Source: Myxococcota bacterium
GTDB taxonomy: Bacteria > Myxococcota_A > UBA9160 > SZUA-336
Assembly (NCBI GenBank): GCA_965247115.1
Contig: CBDFGR010000003.1
Span: 576,001-640,000 of the forward strand
DNA: 64,000 nt
Direction of reading: 5' to 3'
In this document: in pieces, positions 19,088 to 28,380 of the stretch
Position numbering within the stretch: position 1 is the stretch's first letter
How the letters are laid out: the number at the start of each line of letters is the position of its first letter
The notes under the pieces: generated by a model
Seen by the model: only the letters and a program-made list of their open reading frames with translations
Databases searched by the model: none
What the model was told of the DNA's origin: nothing
Position numbers and translations under genes: made by a program

Positions 19088-20152
19088 CGAAGCCAGCATG
19101 TAAGCACCATTCCGCGACCCCGGTCGCTAGCCGGCTGCCGGCAGGCGAGCAGAGGCGCGCGCGATCTCCTCGCCGCCCTGCTCGCCTGCCTGGCCTGCAC
19201 CGTGACCCCCCAGGCACCCGACACTGCAGAGCGCGGGTCGCAGGCCCTACCGACGGGTGCGCAGCTCCTTCGCCCGCACGAGCCCCTCGATCCCGCGAGC
19301 GTGAAGCTCGTGCCGGAGGAGCGCACTGTCGAGTCGAACCTGGTCCTCGACCTCTACACTTGGTTTCATTCCAAGAGCTACACCTCGTCGCGTATCGTCT
19401 TCCCGAGCACGGAGCGGAGCGAGGCGGTTGCGCACCTGCTGCTTCCCGACGGCCCGGGTCCCTACCCCGTCGTCATGGTGTTCCCCATCCTCGGCGGCTC
19501 GCACGTGACGAGCGAGGGCCTCGCGAAGGCCCTGATCTCTGGCGGCTACGCCGTCGCCCGCCTCGAGCGTCCGGAGATCGACCTGGCGGACCCCGCTGTG
19601 GGCCCGCACGAGTTCTCAAAAGCGATCAGCGGCGCCGTCATCGACGGCCGTCGCCTGATCGACTTCCTCGCCACCCATCCGCGTATCGACGCGCATCGCC
19701 TGGCCTCCGCGGGGGTGAGCCTCGGCGGCATCCAGGCGCTGCTCCTGGCACAGACCGACGCGCGCGTGCGAGGCGGCTTCTTCGTGATGGTGGGCGGAGG
19801 TCTCGCCGAGATCCTTTGGGACTCCGCTGAGAAGCCGATCCGAGCCTTTCGCGAGCGCATCCGGGCGGAGCGGGGCCTGGAGACACGCGAGGCGTTTGTC
19901 GAGAGTCTGCGCGACACAACCCGCGAGATAGATCCACTCACATACGCGCCACTGCTCGAGCCCGGTGTCGTACTACTCGCCTCGGGCCGCTTCGATCGCG
20001 TAATGCCGCCCGCACGAACCGAGGCGTTGTGGCAGGCGTTGGGCAGACCGCGCTGGATCCACCTGCCGGTAGGTCACTACCAGCTCGCACCGTTGTTCTG
20101 GTGGACCGCAGCGCGCGGAGCCGAACACCTGAACGTGCTGCTCGCTGATTGA
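19088..20152 (+). CDS. Putative lipoprotein, alpha/beta hydrolase (start unresolved)
   Basis: LLAALLACLAC lipobox-like segment; GVSLGG nucleophile elbow; RFDRVMP and PVGHY candidate Asp/His. Confidence 0.75.
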   Translation, partial: RSQHVSTIPRPRSLAGCRQASRGARDLLAALLACLACTVTPQAPDTAERGSQALPTGAQLLRPHEPLDPASVKLVPEERTVESNLVLDLYTWFHSKSYTSSRIVFPSTERSEAVAHLLLPDGPGPYPVVMVFPILGGSHVTSEGLAKALISGGYAVARLERPEIDLADPAVGPHEFSKAISGAVIDGRRLIDFLATHPRIDAHRLASAGVSLGGIQALLLAQTDARVRGGFFVMVGGGLAEILWDSAEKPIRAFRERIRAERGLETREAFVESLRDTTREIDPLTYAPLLEPGVVLLASGRFDRVMPPARTEALWQALGRPRWIHLPVGHYQLAPLFWWTAARGAEHLNVLLAD

Positions 20153-20320
20153 ATGATCCCGGGACCTACGCACGCGCTTCTGGGTAGCCTCTAGGGGGGA
20201 TCCTCCTACAGGTGCCGAAGCCCAAAGGCGGTTTTCTGACAGATTGACCCAGCCATCATCGCTGGACGGCTCACAGCTGAATCAGGGAAGATAGGGCTAG
20301 AGAGTGGAGGGTCATCTCGC

Positions 20321-20587
20321 TTGCCTCTGTGGATCGCGTGGCCGCTGGTCGTCTCTCTTCAGGTCTATCTGGCCGTGGGACTGGTCGTGGCGGTCGCGCT
20401 CGAGCTCCGCGGTCTCGCGCGGCTCGATCCGGCTGTGACCGGGAGCTCATGGGGCTTCCGGTTCGTGATCTTCCCCGGACTTGTCGCGCTCTGGCCACTG
20501 TTTCTGCGACGCTGGGTTCTGGGCTCGAGCGAGCCCCCGGAAGAGCGAAACGCCCACCGCAACGCAACGCGCGGAGCGCGACCTTGA
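20321..20587 (+). CDS. Small membrane hypothetical protein
   Basis: TTG after GGAGG; two hydrophobic segments around RLDPAVTGSSWGFRFVIFPG; TTGA-coupled to the next gene. Confidence 0.75.
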   Translation: MPLWIAWPLVVSLQVYLAVGLVVAVALELRGLARLDPAVTGSSWGFRFVIFPGLVALWPLFLRRWVLGSSEPPEERNAHRNATRGARP

Positions 20588-21075
20588 TTGCCGGTCTTCG
20601 CCGCCGGCACCGCACTTGGATCGGCCTTCTCGCGCTCGTCGTGCCCGCGGGCTTCCTTCTCGGGGTGCTCGGTCGAGAGGAGCCACGAGTCCTAGACGCT
20701 CTGCCAGCGACCCTCCTGGGTCTCGACGGAGGCACTACGCGCACTGTCTGGGAACATGAGGATCTGTTCGGCACGGTGCCGGTCACCGTGCGCCTGCTCT
20801 CGACGCCCAGCACGACCGAACGCCTGCTGGAGCTCTCGCCGAGAAGCGACCCTCGTCGACCCGACGTATTGGTGTACTGGGCTCCGGCGTCGGCACCGGC
20901 AGATCAGCTGGCGGAAGGAGCCTACCTGCTGGGTCGACTTGCCGGGACTCGCGCGCAGCACTTCGCGCTCCCGCCAGAGGCCAGCGCGGAATCGGGACGT
21001 CTGTATCTCTACAGCCTGGGTCATCAAGAGTTACTCGACTCGGCGCTTCTCCAGGGTGGAGGCCCGGTGCGGTGA
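20584..21075 (+). CDS. Membrane-anchored hypothetical protein
   Basis: MIAGLRRRHRTW + TM, then PDVLVYW...AYLLG...LYLYSLGHQE; coupled on both sides. Confidence 0.75.
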   Translation: MIAGLRRRHRTWIGLLALVVPAGFLLGVLGREEPRVLDALPATLLGLDGGTTRTVWEHEDLFGTVPVTVRLLSTPSTTERLLELSPRSDPRRPDVLVYWAPASAPADQLAEGAYLLGRLAGTRAQHFALPPEASAESGRLYLYSLGHQELLDSALLQGGGPVR

Positions 21076-22124
21076 GTGTCCAGTACAAGGCCGTGCAGTG
21101 GAACCCGCAGAAGAAACGCTACGACCGGGTCCTGGCCGCCGGAGTCGCGCTGTACGTGGGAGCGTTTGTCGGAATGGGCGCGGTGCTACAGCCGAACGCA
21201 ACGGCAGAGACCCTGCTGATTCGCGCGTTCGGGACCGGCGCCCTCCTCCTGCTTCACATCACGCTCTGCATCGGGCCGCTGTGCCGGCTGGATCCACGCT
21301 TCCTGCCGCTGCTCTACAACCGGCGCCACCTGGGTGTGACGACCTTTCTGCTGGGACTCTCGCATGGCGGCTTCGCGATCGCCCAGTTTCACGCGCTTGG
21401 AGACCTGCATCCGCTAGTGAGTGTGCTCGCTAGCAATCCGAGATTCGACAGTGTGAGCCAGTTCCCGTTCCAGCCGTTCGGCCTGGCGGCCCTGACCTTC
21501 CTGTTCCTGATGGCTGCGACGAGCCACGACTTCTGGCTCGCAAATCTGACAGCTCCCGTCTGGAAGGCACTCCACATGGGCGTCTACCTGGCCTATGGAT
21601 CGCTCGTGATCCATGTGTCGTTCGGAGCCCTTCATTCCGAAACCCACCCTGCGCTGCCCGCAATCCTCGCTGTCGGTTTCATGAGTGTGCTCGGCCTGCA
21701 CCTCGCGGCTGGCTGGCGCGAGCGAGCGGGAGATGCCGAGCGGCTGCCACAGGGTGAGGACGGCTACGTCGACGTCTGCGCCGTCGATGCGATCCCCGAG
21801 GCGCGCGCGCACGTGGTCGCGCTTGCTGGCGAGCGCATCGCCGTCTTCCGCTACGACGGCTGCGTGTCGGCAATCTCGAATGTCTGCCAGCACCAGAACG
21901 GACCGCTCGGCGAGGGGAAGGTGGTCGACGGTTGCGTCGTGTGTCCCTGGCACGGCTACCAGTATCTGCCCGACAGCGGGCGCTCTCCCGAGCCTTTCAC
22001 GGAGAAGATCCCGACCTTCCACGTCCGCGTCCGCGACGGTCGCGTGTGGGTCGACCCGAACCCCAACCCCCCCGGCACGCGGGTCGAGCCCGCGCGGGTC
22101 GAGGCGGAGTCCCATGGCAGCTGA
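21072..22124 (+). CDS. Ferric-reductase-like (MsrQ-type) transmembrane domain fused to a C-terminal Rieske [2Fe-2S] domain
   Basis: LLYNRRHLG, SHG, AATSHD, WKALHMGVYLAY..VIH (candidate heme His); Rieske CQHQNGPLGEG...CPWHG. Confidence 0.9.
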   Translation: MSVQYKAVQWNPQKKRYDRVLAAGVALYVGAFVGMGAVLQPNATAETLLIRAFGTGALLLLHITLCIGPLCRLDPRFLPLLYNRRHLGVTTFLLGLSHGGFAIAQFHALGDLHPLVSVLASNPRFDSVSQFPFQPFGLAALTFLFLMAATSHDFWLANLTAPVWKALHMGVYLAYGSLVIHVSFGALHSETHPALPAILAVGFMSVLGLHLAAGWRERAGDAERLPQGEDGYVDVCAVDAIPEARAHVVALAGERIAVFRYDGCVSAISNVCQHQNGPLGEGKVVDGCVVCPWHGYQYLPDSGRSPEPFTEKIPTFHVRVRDGRVWVDPNPNPPGTRVEPARVEAESHGS

Positions 22125-22890
22125 GCCGCGCGACGAGTTCTACATAGGCTGGGAGCCGCACGCTCCGGCCGGCATCCGCTCGCGGTTGCGGCTGGCGGTC
22201 GCCGCCCTCGCCGCCTTTGCGCTACTGCTCGCGGTGGCACTGAGCTCGCTGCAGAATCCGCTTCCGGTGAGCTCGTTCGAGTTCGGCACGACCCGTGAGT
22301 TCGTCGGCTGGGTTGCCGAGACCCCCTACCCGGCCCTGCTCGTTGCGGCGCAGGGCCCAGCAACGCATCCCGTCCGCTTCTCGCGCTACACGCTCGCCGA
22401 GTCCGGGACCAAGTTTGGAGCACAGCAGCTCGCGTCGGGCTTCGACGGACAGCTCGTTCGCCTACAAGGCACATTGATCTACCGCGACGACCAGACGATG
22501 ATCGACGTAGTTCCGGGCTCGCTCACGCCCGTGAGCGAGCCGGCAGAGACCCAGTCGGACGGACGCGGCGAGGAGCTTGGCAGATTCACGCTGCGAGGCG
22601 AGATTGTCGACACGAAGTGCTACTTCGGCGTCATGAACCCGGCGACCGGAAAGGTCCATCGCGCTTGCGCGGCTCGCTGCATCAGTAGCGGCATTCCTCC
22701 GGCCCTGCTGTTGCGCGACCGAGGAGCGGGGTCCGCCACGCTGCTCCTGGTCGATTCCGGAGGAGCGAACGTGAATGAGCGCGTTCTCCACATGGTCGCG
22801 GAGTCGGTGGAGATCACGGGCCGAGTCAAGCGCCTCGAGAACATTCTGGTCCTGTACGCAGATCCGGAACACTACCGGCGCCTGAACTGA
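22114..22890 (+). CDS. Membrane-anchored exported protein with a Cys/His motif
   Basis: DEFYIGW, one TM, GEIVDTKCYFGVMNPATGKVHRACAARCISSGIPP. Confidence 0.8.
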   Translation: MAAEPRDEFYIGWEPHAPAGIRSRLRLAVAALAAFALLLAVALSSLQNPLPVSSFEFGTTREFVGWVAETPYPALLVAAQGPATHPVRFSRYTLAESGTKFGAQQLASGFDGQLVRLQGTLIYRDDQTMIDVVPGSLTPVSEPAETQSDGRGEELGRFTLRGEIVDTKCYFGVMNPATGKVHRACAARCISSGIPPALLLRDRGAGSATLLLVDSGGANVNERVLHMVAESVEITGRVKRLENILVLYADPEHYRRLN

Positions 22891-25395
22891 CGGGCTCGCT
22901 TCTCTGGCGCCAGCGGTGAGGATTGCACGGCTGCGCACGCTCGCCTTCCTGGCGAGCGGCGTGTCCGGCTGCCCGCCCTCGACGGTGCAGAGCTGACCGG
23001 GGACGCGATTGGGCTCGCCTTTCGCGAGCTCGGCCGGGCAGGCGCCCCCGCGCTCGTTCTCCTTCACGGAAGTCCTGGCAGCGTGCAGGACTTCGACTCC
23101 CTGGCCGCGAAGCTGGCGGGGGACCGGCACGTGCTGGTGCCAGACTTACCGGGCTTCGGCCACTCGACGCGGGAGCTTCCCGACTACTCCTCGCGGACGC
23201 ACGCGCGCTACCTCCTGGCCCTACTCGACCAGCTCGGCGTCGCGCGCGCCCATCTGGTCGGCTTCAGCATGGGCGGAGCCGTGGCTCTGAGCGCAGCCGA
23301 CCTCGCACCCGCGCGCGTGGCCTCGATCACGTTGGTCGCCTCGATCGGCGTCCAGGAGTTCGAGCTCTTGGGTAGCTATCATTTGAACCGTCTGGTTCAC
23401 GCGCTCCAGCTCGGTGCCGTCTGGACACTCGAGAAGGCGGTGCCGCACATGGGTCTGCTCGAGCACAGCCCGCTCGGCATCCCGTACGCTCGGAACTTCT
23501 TCGATTCGGACCAGCGCCCGTTGCGCGCCATATTGGAGCGCTACCGGGCTCCCATGCTGATCATCCACGGCCGCAGCGACCTGCTCGTTCCCGTGGCGGC
23601 GGCGCTGGAACACCAACGACTGGTCCCGCAGAGCGAGCTCGAGCTGTTGCAAGGCGGTCACCTGCTCCTGTTTCGGGACTCCGACCGGGTCAAGGAGCGC
23701 CTACTCCGATTCGTGCGGGACGTCGAGAGCGGCCGAGCGCGCACGCGCGCTCGCGCCGCTCCGGAGCGCGTGGCGCGGGCCCAGCTCCCCTTCGACCGCT
23801 CTCAGGCCGGACCGCAGGGACTGCTCGGCTTCCTTGCATTCTTCCTGCTGGTCTTTGCAGCCTCGATGATCAGCGAGGACCTGACGTGCATTGGTGCGGG
23901 GATGCTGGTCGGCGCCGGACAGATCGGCTTCCCGACAGCGACGCTCGCATGTGTGGTCGCGCTCTTTGCAGGGGACCTTCTGCTCTACGTTGTCGGACGC
24001 GTGTTCGGTCGGGCGGCGCTCTCCGTTCCGGGTCTCTCCCGAGTCGCTGCATCGGGCCTGGACCGAACCGCGGCGCGCCTGCGCACGTCCGGTGCGGCCG
24101 TGATCCTGGCCAGCCGCTTCTTGCCCGGCACCCGCCTCGTGACCTATCTCGCCGCAGGTGTGACGCGCTACCCCGTGACTACCTTCGCCTGCTATCTCCT
24201 GATCGCGGCCCTGCTCTGGACGCCGGTCCTGGTCGGATTCAGCGCGCTCGTGGGCACACTCGCCTTTGAATATTTTGCCGTCTTCGAGCGCTACGCCCTA
24301 CCGGCCGTGCTCGGCCTCGCGATCGCGGTCCTGCTGACGGCTCGTTGCCTCGTACCGCTCTGGAGCTTCCGTGGCCGCCGGCTGCTGCTCGGAAGCTGGC
24401 GTCGGCTCACGCGCTTCGAATTCTGGCCGATGTGGGTGTTCTACCCGCCAGTCGCGCTGTGGATCGCAGCGCTCGCACTACGGCATCGCAGCCTGCGCGT
24501 AGTCACCTCGGTCAATCCGGCGATCGAGGGCGGCGGCCTTGTCGGAGAGTCGAAGTGGCGCATCCTCCAGGGGTTGTCCGAGTCGGCGGAATTCGTGGCG
24601 CGCGGCGCACTCCTTGCGCGGGGGAGCGATCGACTGGCCCAGGTGTTCGAGTTTCTCGCCGAGAACGGCGCCCGCTTCCCGGTCGTACTCAAGCCCGACG
24701 TCGGCGAGCGCGGGAAGGACGTCGAGATCGTACGCAACCGCGCCCAGCTCGAGGCCTACCTCGGCGCGCACCCGCCGGACTCGATCGTTCAGGAGTACGT
24801 ACCCGGCGCCGAGTTCGGGATCTTCTACTACCGCCACCCCGACTCCGAACGCGGCGAGATCCTGTCGATCACGGAGAAGCGCATGCTCGAGGTCGTAGGG
24901 GACGGCCGGCGCACGCTCGAGGAGCTCATCCTGCTGGATCCGCGAGCGGTCTGCATGGCGCCGCGCCATCTGACCGTTCATCAGAGTCGTCTCGACTGCG
25001 TGCTCCCTCCGGGCGAAGTCCGGCGCCTGACGGAGGTCGGGACCCATTCCCTGGGAGCGCTGTTCCTGGACGGCGGGTGGGCGTGGAGTACGGAGCTCGC
25101 GGATCGCTTTGATCGCATAAGCCGCGCGTACACCGGCTTCTTCTTCGGACGCTACGACGTGCGCGCCCCCGACCTGGCTGCTTTTCGGCTGGGCCACGCT
25201 TTCCGGATCGTCGAGCTCAATGGCCTCACCTCGGAGGCTACGCACATCTATGATCCGAAGAACAGCCTCTTCGAGGCTTATCGCGTGTTGTTCCACCAGT
25301 GGCAAATCGCCTTCGAGATCGGCGCGGCAAATCGCGCTCGCGGTCACGAGCCGCTAGGTTTCCGTGAGGGCCTCCGACTCGTGCTCCGTCGGTAA
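22891..25395 (+). CDS. alpha/beta hydrolase - DedA/VTT - ATP-grasp-like triple fusion (start unresolved)
   Basis: LVLLHGSPG (upstream of GTG 23083), GFSMGG, HGRSD, GGH; DedA SEDLTCI...GDLLLY..GR, SRFLPGTR; ATP-grasp FPVVLKPDVGERG, QEYVPG, GRYDVR, IVELNG. Confidence 0.85.
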   Translation, partial: RARFSGASGEDCTAAHARLPGERRVRLPALDGAELTGDAIGLAFRELGRAGAPALVLLHGSPGSVQDFDSLAAKLAGDRHVLVPDLPGFGHSTRELPDYSSRTHARYLLALLDQLGVARAHLVGFSMGGAVALSAADLAPARVASITLVASIGVQEFELLGSYHLNRLVHALQLGAVWTLEKAVPHMGLLEHSPLGIPYARNFFDSDQRPLRAILERYRAPMLIIHGRSDLLVPVAAALEHQRLVPQSELELLQGGHLLLFRDSDRVKERLLRFVRDVESGRARTRARAAPERVARAQLPFDRSQAGPQGLLGFLAFFLLVFAASMISEDLTCIGAGMLVGAGQIGFPTATLACVVALFAGDLLLYVVGRVFGRAALSVPGLSRVAASGLDRTAARLRTSGAAVILASRFLPGTRLVTYLAAGVTRYPVTTFACYLLIAALLWTPVLVGFSALVGTLAFEYFAVFERYALPAVLGLAIAVLLTARCLVPLWSFRGRRLLLGSWRRLTRFEFWPMWVFYPPVALWIAALALRHRSLRVVTSVNPAIEGGGLVGESKWRILQGLSESAEFVARGALLARGSDRLAQVFEFLAENGARFPVVLKPDVGERGKDVEIVRNRAQLEAYLGAHPPDSIVQEYVPGAEFGIFYYRHPDSERGEILSITEKRMLEVVGDGRRTLEELILLDPRAVCMAPRHLTVHQSRLDCVLPPGEVRRLTEVGTHSLGALFLDGGWAWSTELADRFDRISRAYTGFFFGRYDVRAPDLAAFRLGHAFRIVELNGLTSEATHIYDPKNSLFEAYRVLFHQWQIAFEIGAANRARGHEPLGFREGLRLVLRR

Positions 25396-25450
25396 CTCCG
25401 CGCCCCGCCGCAACGTAGTGGGAACGGACGAACCGCTAGGAGGAAGATTC

Positions 25451-25915
25451 ATGACAAGCAAGCTCATCTATCGAATCACCGCAGGAACCGCGTTCGCACT
25501 ATTGCTCTGCTACGCACCGCAGGCAGCGGCGGTAGATCCGATCTACACCGGGCTCTTCAGCTCGAAGGCCGTGAGTGGCTACGACGCGGTCGCTTACTTC
25601 GAGGTTGGTCAGCCCGTCAAGGGCTCCGACGAGCACGCCTACGAATGGATGAGCGCGACTTGGCGGTTTTCGAACGCCGAGAATCTGGCGCTCTTCAAGG
25701 GCGATCCCGAACGCTACGCTCCGAGGTACGGCGGCTACTGCGCCTATGCGGTCAGTCGGGGCAGCACGGCCTCGGCCGATCCGGCAGCCTGGTCGATTGT
25801 CGACGGAAGGCTCTACCTCAACTACTCGCTCGACATCCGGGAGCAGTGGCAGGAGGACACCGCGGAGAACATACGCAAGGCCGACGAGCAGTGGCCTGCC
25901 CTCCTGGCCGACTGA
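25451..25915 (+). CDS. Exported YHS-domain protein (Cys form of the YHS (seleno)protein family)
   Basis: Signal peptide; AVSGYDAVAYF, WRFSNAENLALF..DPERYAPRYGGYCAYA, IVDGRLYLNY. Confidence 0.9.
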   Translation: MTSKLIYRITAGTAFALLLCYAPQAAAVDPIYTGLFSSKAVSGYDAVAYFEVGQPVKGSDEHAYEWMSATWRFSNAENLALFKGDPERYAPRYGGYCAYAVSRGSTASADPAAWSIVDGRLYLNYSLDIREQWQEDTAENIRKADEQWPALLAD

Positions 25916-25955
25916 ACGAGTCAGAGATCCGGATCACTCCGGCGGCCGTCCGCTT

Positions 25956-27293
25956 TCAGCTGCTTGCCCAGAGGGAGCTCGTGGATGGGCTCGTCAGCGC
26001 ACTGCGTTGCCATGTGGCCTGCGTCGAGAGAGACACACCAAAGTATCTGGGGACCTCGACTCCCTGCAAGCGCAGGATGAGAGCCACGATGGCAAAGTGG
26101 TGGACCGCGTGACTGCCAAGAAAGGCCAGCTCGCGGGACAAGTTGGAGGCAAGCCAGGCTTCGTCTCGTCCCGCTGCCGGGGCCTCCAGTCGGACCTGGA
26201 GCTCGAGGCTCGGCAGAAACACGAGCTCGCTCCGCACGCTCTCGAGGATGCGCGAGAGACGAACGCGTGCCTCTGCGGAGTGGCGGGCGAGCTGCTGCGC
26301 ACGCGGGCGGCGATCATAGTCAATGCGTCGGGCGCGCACACCTCGGATCAGGCAGTCGAAGGTTTCCAGCACGTGACGCACCTGGTCGCCTACGGTCCCG
26401 TGCTCGAAACCCGGCACTCCACAGCGGAAGCGCTCAGGCTCGAGCTCAGAGAGGAGCCCGTCCAGCTGCTCGAGCAGCTCGACACACTGCGCCGTCTCGC
26501 GCTGAACCTCGCTGATCATCGGCGTGGGCATGCGCGGGTGCCGCGCGACGTGGGTGGCAATCGTTCGCTGGGCGTCTCGCGCGAGGACCTTGCGATCGAA
26601 TCCCGAGAGGAGCTTTGAAGAGAAGGAGATGCGCGCGTCGAAGCCCGGCAGGCGCAGGAGCTGCCACGCGTGAGTGCCGAAGGTCATGTCGGCCCACCAA
26701 CACACCGCGAGTGCGGCCGGATTCTCGCCCCCTTCCGTTGCGTAGGCGAGACTCGCGCAGGCGACCGGAGCCTCGGCGCGCAGCGCCGCCTCGAACAGCG
26801 CGGAGCGAAACCGAAGCACACTCTCGCCCGGAGTGCTGGTTCCTTCCGGGAACAGGATCACGCGCTCCCCAGCGCGGAGCGTTCGCACCATGTCGTCGAT
26901 CGCCGGCAGGACGCCGCGGAGCCGCCTCCGGTCCACGAAGACCGTACCCACGAAGTGGCACAGCGCCCCGATGCCCGGCCAGCTTGCGATCTCGGTCTTC
27001 GCCACGAAGGTCCCGGGGGCGCTTGCAAGCAGCGCCACGACGTCGACGTAGCTCAGGTGATTTGCGACCAGCAGCGAGGCGCGCGGGGGAGGTTCGCCCT
27101 CGACGCGGATCTGCATGCCGATCAGGCGCACACTCACGCGGGCCCAGACCCTCATGAGGTGACACCGAGCGCGGGCACATGGCGCGGAGCGACCGACCAG
27201 CGCTATCGAGACCGCGAGCTGACAGCAGACTAGCGCGAGCGTCCACAGTACGAGTCCGGTTGCTCGCGCGAGCGCGCGAGCGTCAGCCGGCAT
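25956..27293 (-). CDS. PlsC/OlsA-like acyltransferase fused in frame to a DinB-like domain
   Basis: ANHLSYVD, FVAKTEI, LFPEGTST; then TVGDQVRHVLE..IDYDRRPR..RELAFLGSHAVHH..FGVSLST with no intervening stop. Confidence 0.85.
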   Translation of the reverse strand: MPADARALARATGLVLWTLALVCCQLAVSIALVGRSAPCARARCHLMRVWARVSVRLIGMQIRVEGEPPPRASLLVANHLSYVDVVALLASAPGTFVAKTEIASWPGIGALCHFVGTVFVDRRRLRGVLPAIDDMVRTLRAGERVILFPEGTSTPGESVLRFRSALFEAALRAEAPVACASLAYATEGGENPAALAVCWWADMTFGTHAWQLLRLPGFDARISFSSKLLSGFDRKVLARDAQRTIATHVARHPRMPTPMISEVQRETAQCVELLEQLDGLLSELEPERFRCGVPGFEHGTVGDQVRHVLETFDCLIRGVRARRIDYDRRPRAQQLARHSAEARVRLSRILESVRSELVFLPSLELQVRLEAPAAGRDEAWLASNLSRELAFLGSHAVHHFAIVALILRLQGVEVPRYFGVSLSTQATWQRSALTSPSTSSLWASS

Positions 27294-28134
27294 AGTGGTT
27301 GCGCTTCGCGACATCCATCCGCTCGAGGTCGAAGAGGAGGAAGAAGTCGGCGGTTCCGAACTCGCTGTCGAGCGCTGGTTCGCTGCAGACCCGGGCGCCC
27401 ATCGCGAAGTACGCGCGAAACAGCGCGGGGATTGGGGCGGAGGTCGCAGGGCTCGAGGGAGCCCCTGGCACTGCGAATCGCGGCATCGGGCGTAGGCAAA
27501 GCGTGGGGTGCCCGCGACCCTGCGCGGCCAGCTCCGCGGCAGTGGCCCACGCGCAGGCGGGATCCCTTGTCGCGATCGAGCTGCAGCCAAACAGGTAGCG
27601 CTTGCGGTTGTGGAGCATATAGGCACCGATCCCGCGCCAGAGCAGCTCGAGCAGGCGCCGTCTGCGATGGGACTTCTCGATGCAGACGCGGCCCAGCTCC
27701 ACTCCTCTGCCCTCGATCTCAGCGGGCAACGGGCGCAGGTCGAACTCGCGAGCGGAGTAGAAGCCGCCACCCAGCCTGGCGAGCTCGGCAGTCTGGAGCC
27801 GACAGGTGGCAACCGGGTCACCGGTCGCGCGCTCGAGCGCTACCAGATGGTGGCAGGTCGCATCGAACTCGTCGGAGTCGAGCTCGAGCTCGAAGGAGCG
27901 CGAAGAGATGGCGCCGAGCTCTAGATTGAATACGCGGAAGCGCAGTCGCTGGATCGACAGAAGCTCCGCCTGGTCTCGGGCGAAGCGAACGACGTACCGA
28001 CCGGTCTGTACCTCCCAGTCCGGAATCGCCATGTCCAGAGGCGGATGCCCGATCTGTCCGTCCCCGACGGGGTCAAGCAAGGCCACCGGCTCCAGCTCCG
28101 GTTTAGGATTCTCCGCTTCTAGACACGGCTTCAA
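27283..28134 (-). CDS. GNAT N-acyltransferase, OlsB (ornithine/aminolipid N-acyltransferase)-like
   Basis: QRLRFRVFNLELG, DSDEFDATCHHL, GFYSAREFDL, ELGRVCI, YLFGCSS, PALFRAY..GARVC.EPALDSEFGTADF. Confidence 0.88.
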   Translation of the reverse strand: MKPCLEAENPKPELEPVALLDPVGDGQIGHPPLDMAIPDWEVQTGRYVVRFARDQAELLSIQRLRFRVFNLELGAISSRSFELELDSDEFDATCHHLVALERATGDPVATCRLQTAELARLGGGFYSAREFDLRPLPAEIEGRGVELGRVCIEKSHRRRRLLELLWRGIGAYMLHNRKRYLFGCSSIATRDPACAWATAAELAAQGRGHPTLCLRPMPRFAVPGAPSSPATSAPIPALFRAYFAMGARVCSEPALDSEFGTADFFLLFDLERMDVAKRNHYAG

Positions 28135-28380
28135 TACTCCGGCTCCTCTGAAGGCTGTTCTATCGTGATGATGGAGGCACGCCGCCGGTTACTGTAATTG
28201 ATGTGACCACACGCGCGAGCCCGGAGCGCATGCTCGCGGTGTACGTGGAGCCCCGGCTCCCGGAGGGGCTGCGAACCTGATCTCCTGGCCTGGCAGGACG
28301 AGATCTGGCGCAACTTTGAAACTCCCGCGGGCCCCGTGCATCGAGCAAACGAAGAAGGCGCTGTCGCGCGGAGGGATCGA

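Noticed and set aside
20153..20320. Riboswitch/ncRNA upstream of the membrane redox operon
   Set aside because: Only short hairpins; no riboswitch consensus that I can recognise. An Rfam scan would settle it.
22888..22930. Selenocysteine read-through at the in-frame TGA
   Set aside because: The position is an inter-domain junction, not a Cys-aligned site, and there is no convincing SECIS hairpin. The nearby YHS protein has TGC (Cys).
24380..25395. ATP-grasp domain as a replacement Ddl
   Set aside because: It lacks recognisable Ddl motifs (GGxSxE, HGxxGEDG) and is fused to membrane domains; proximity is the only support.
28188..28213. FNR/CRP site in the divergent intergenic region
   Set aside because: Only half-sites (TTGAT, TGTGA) without correctly spaced partners.
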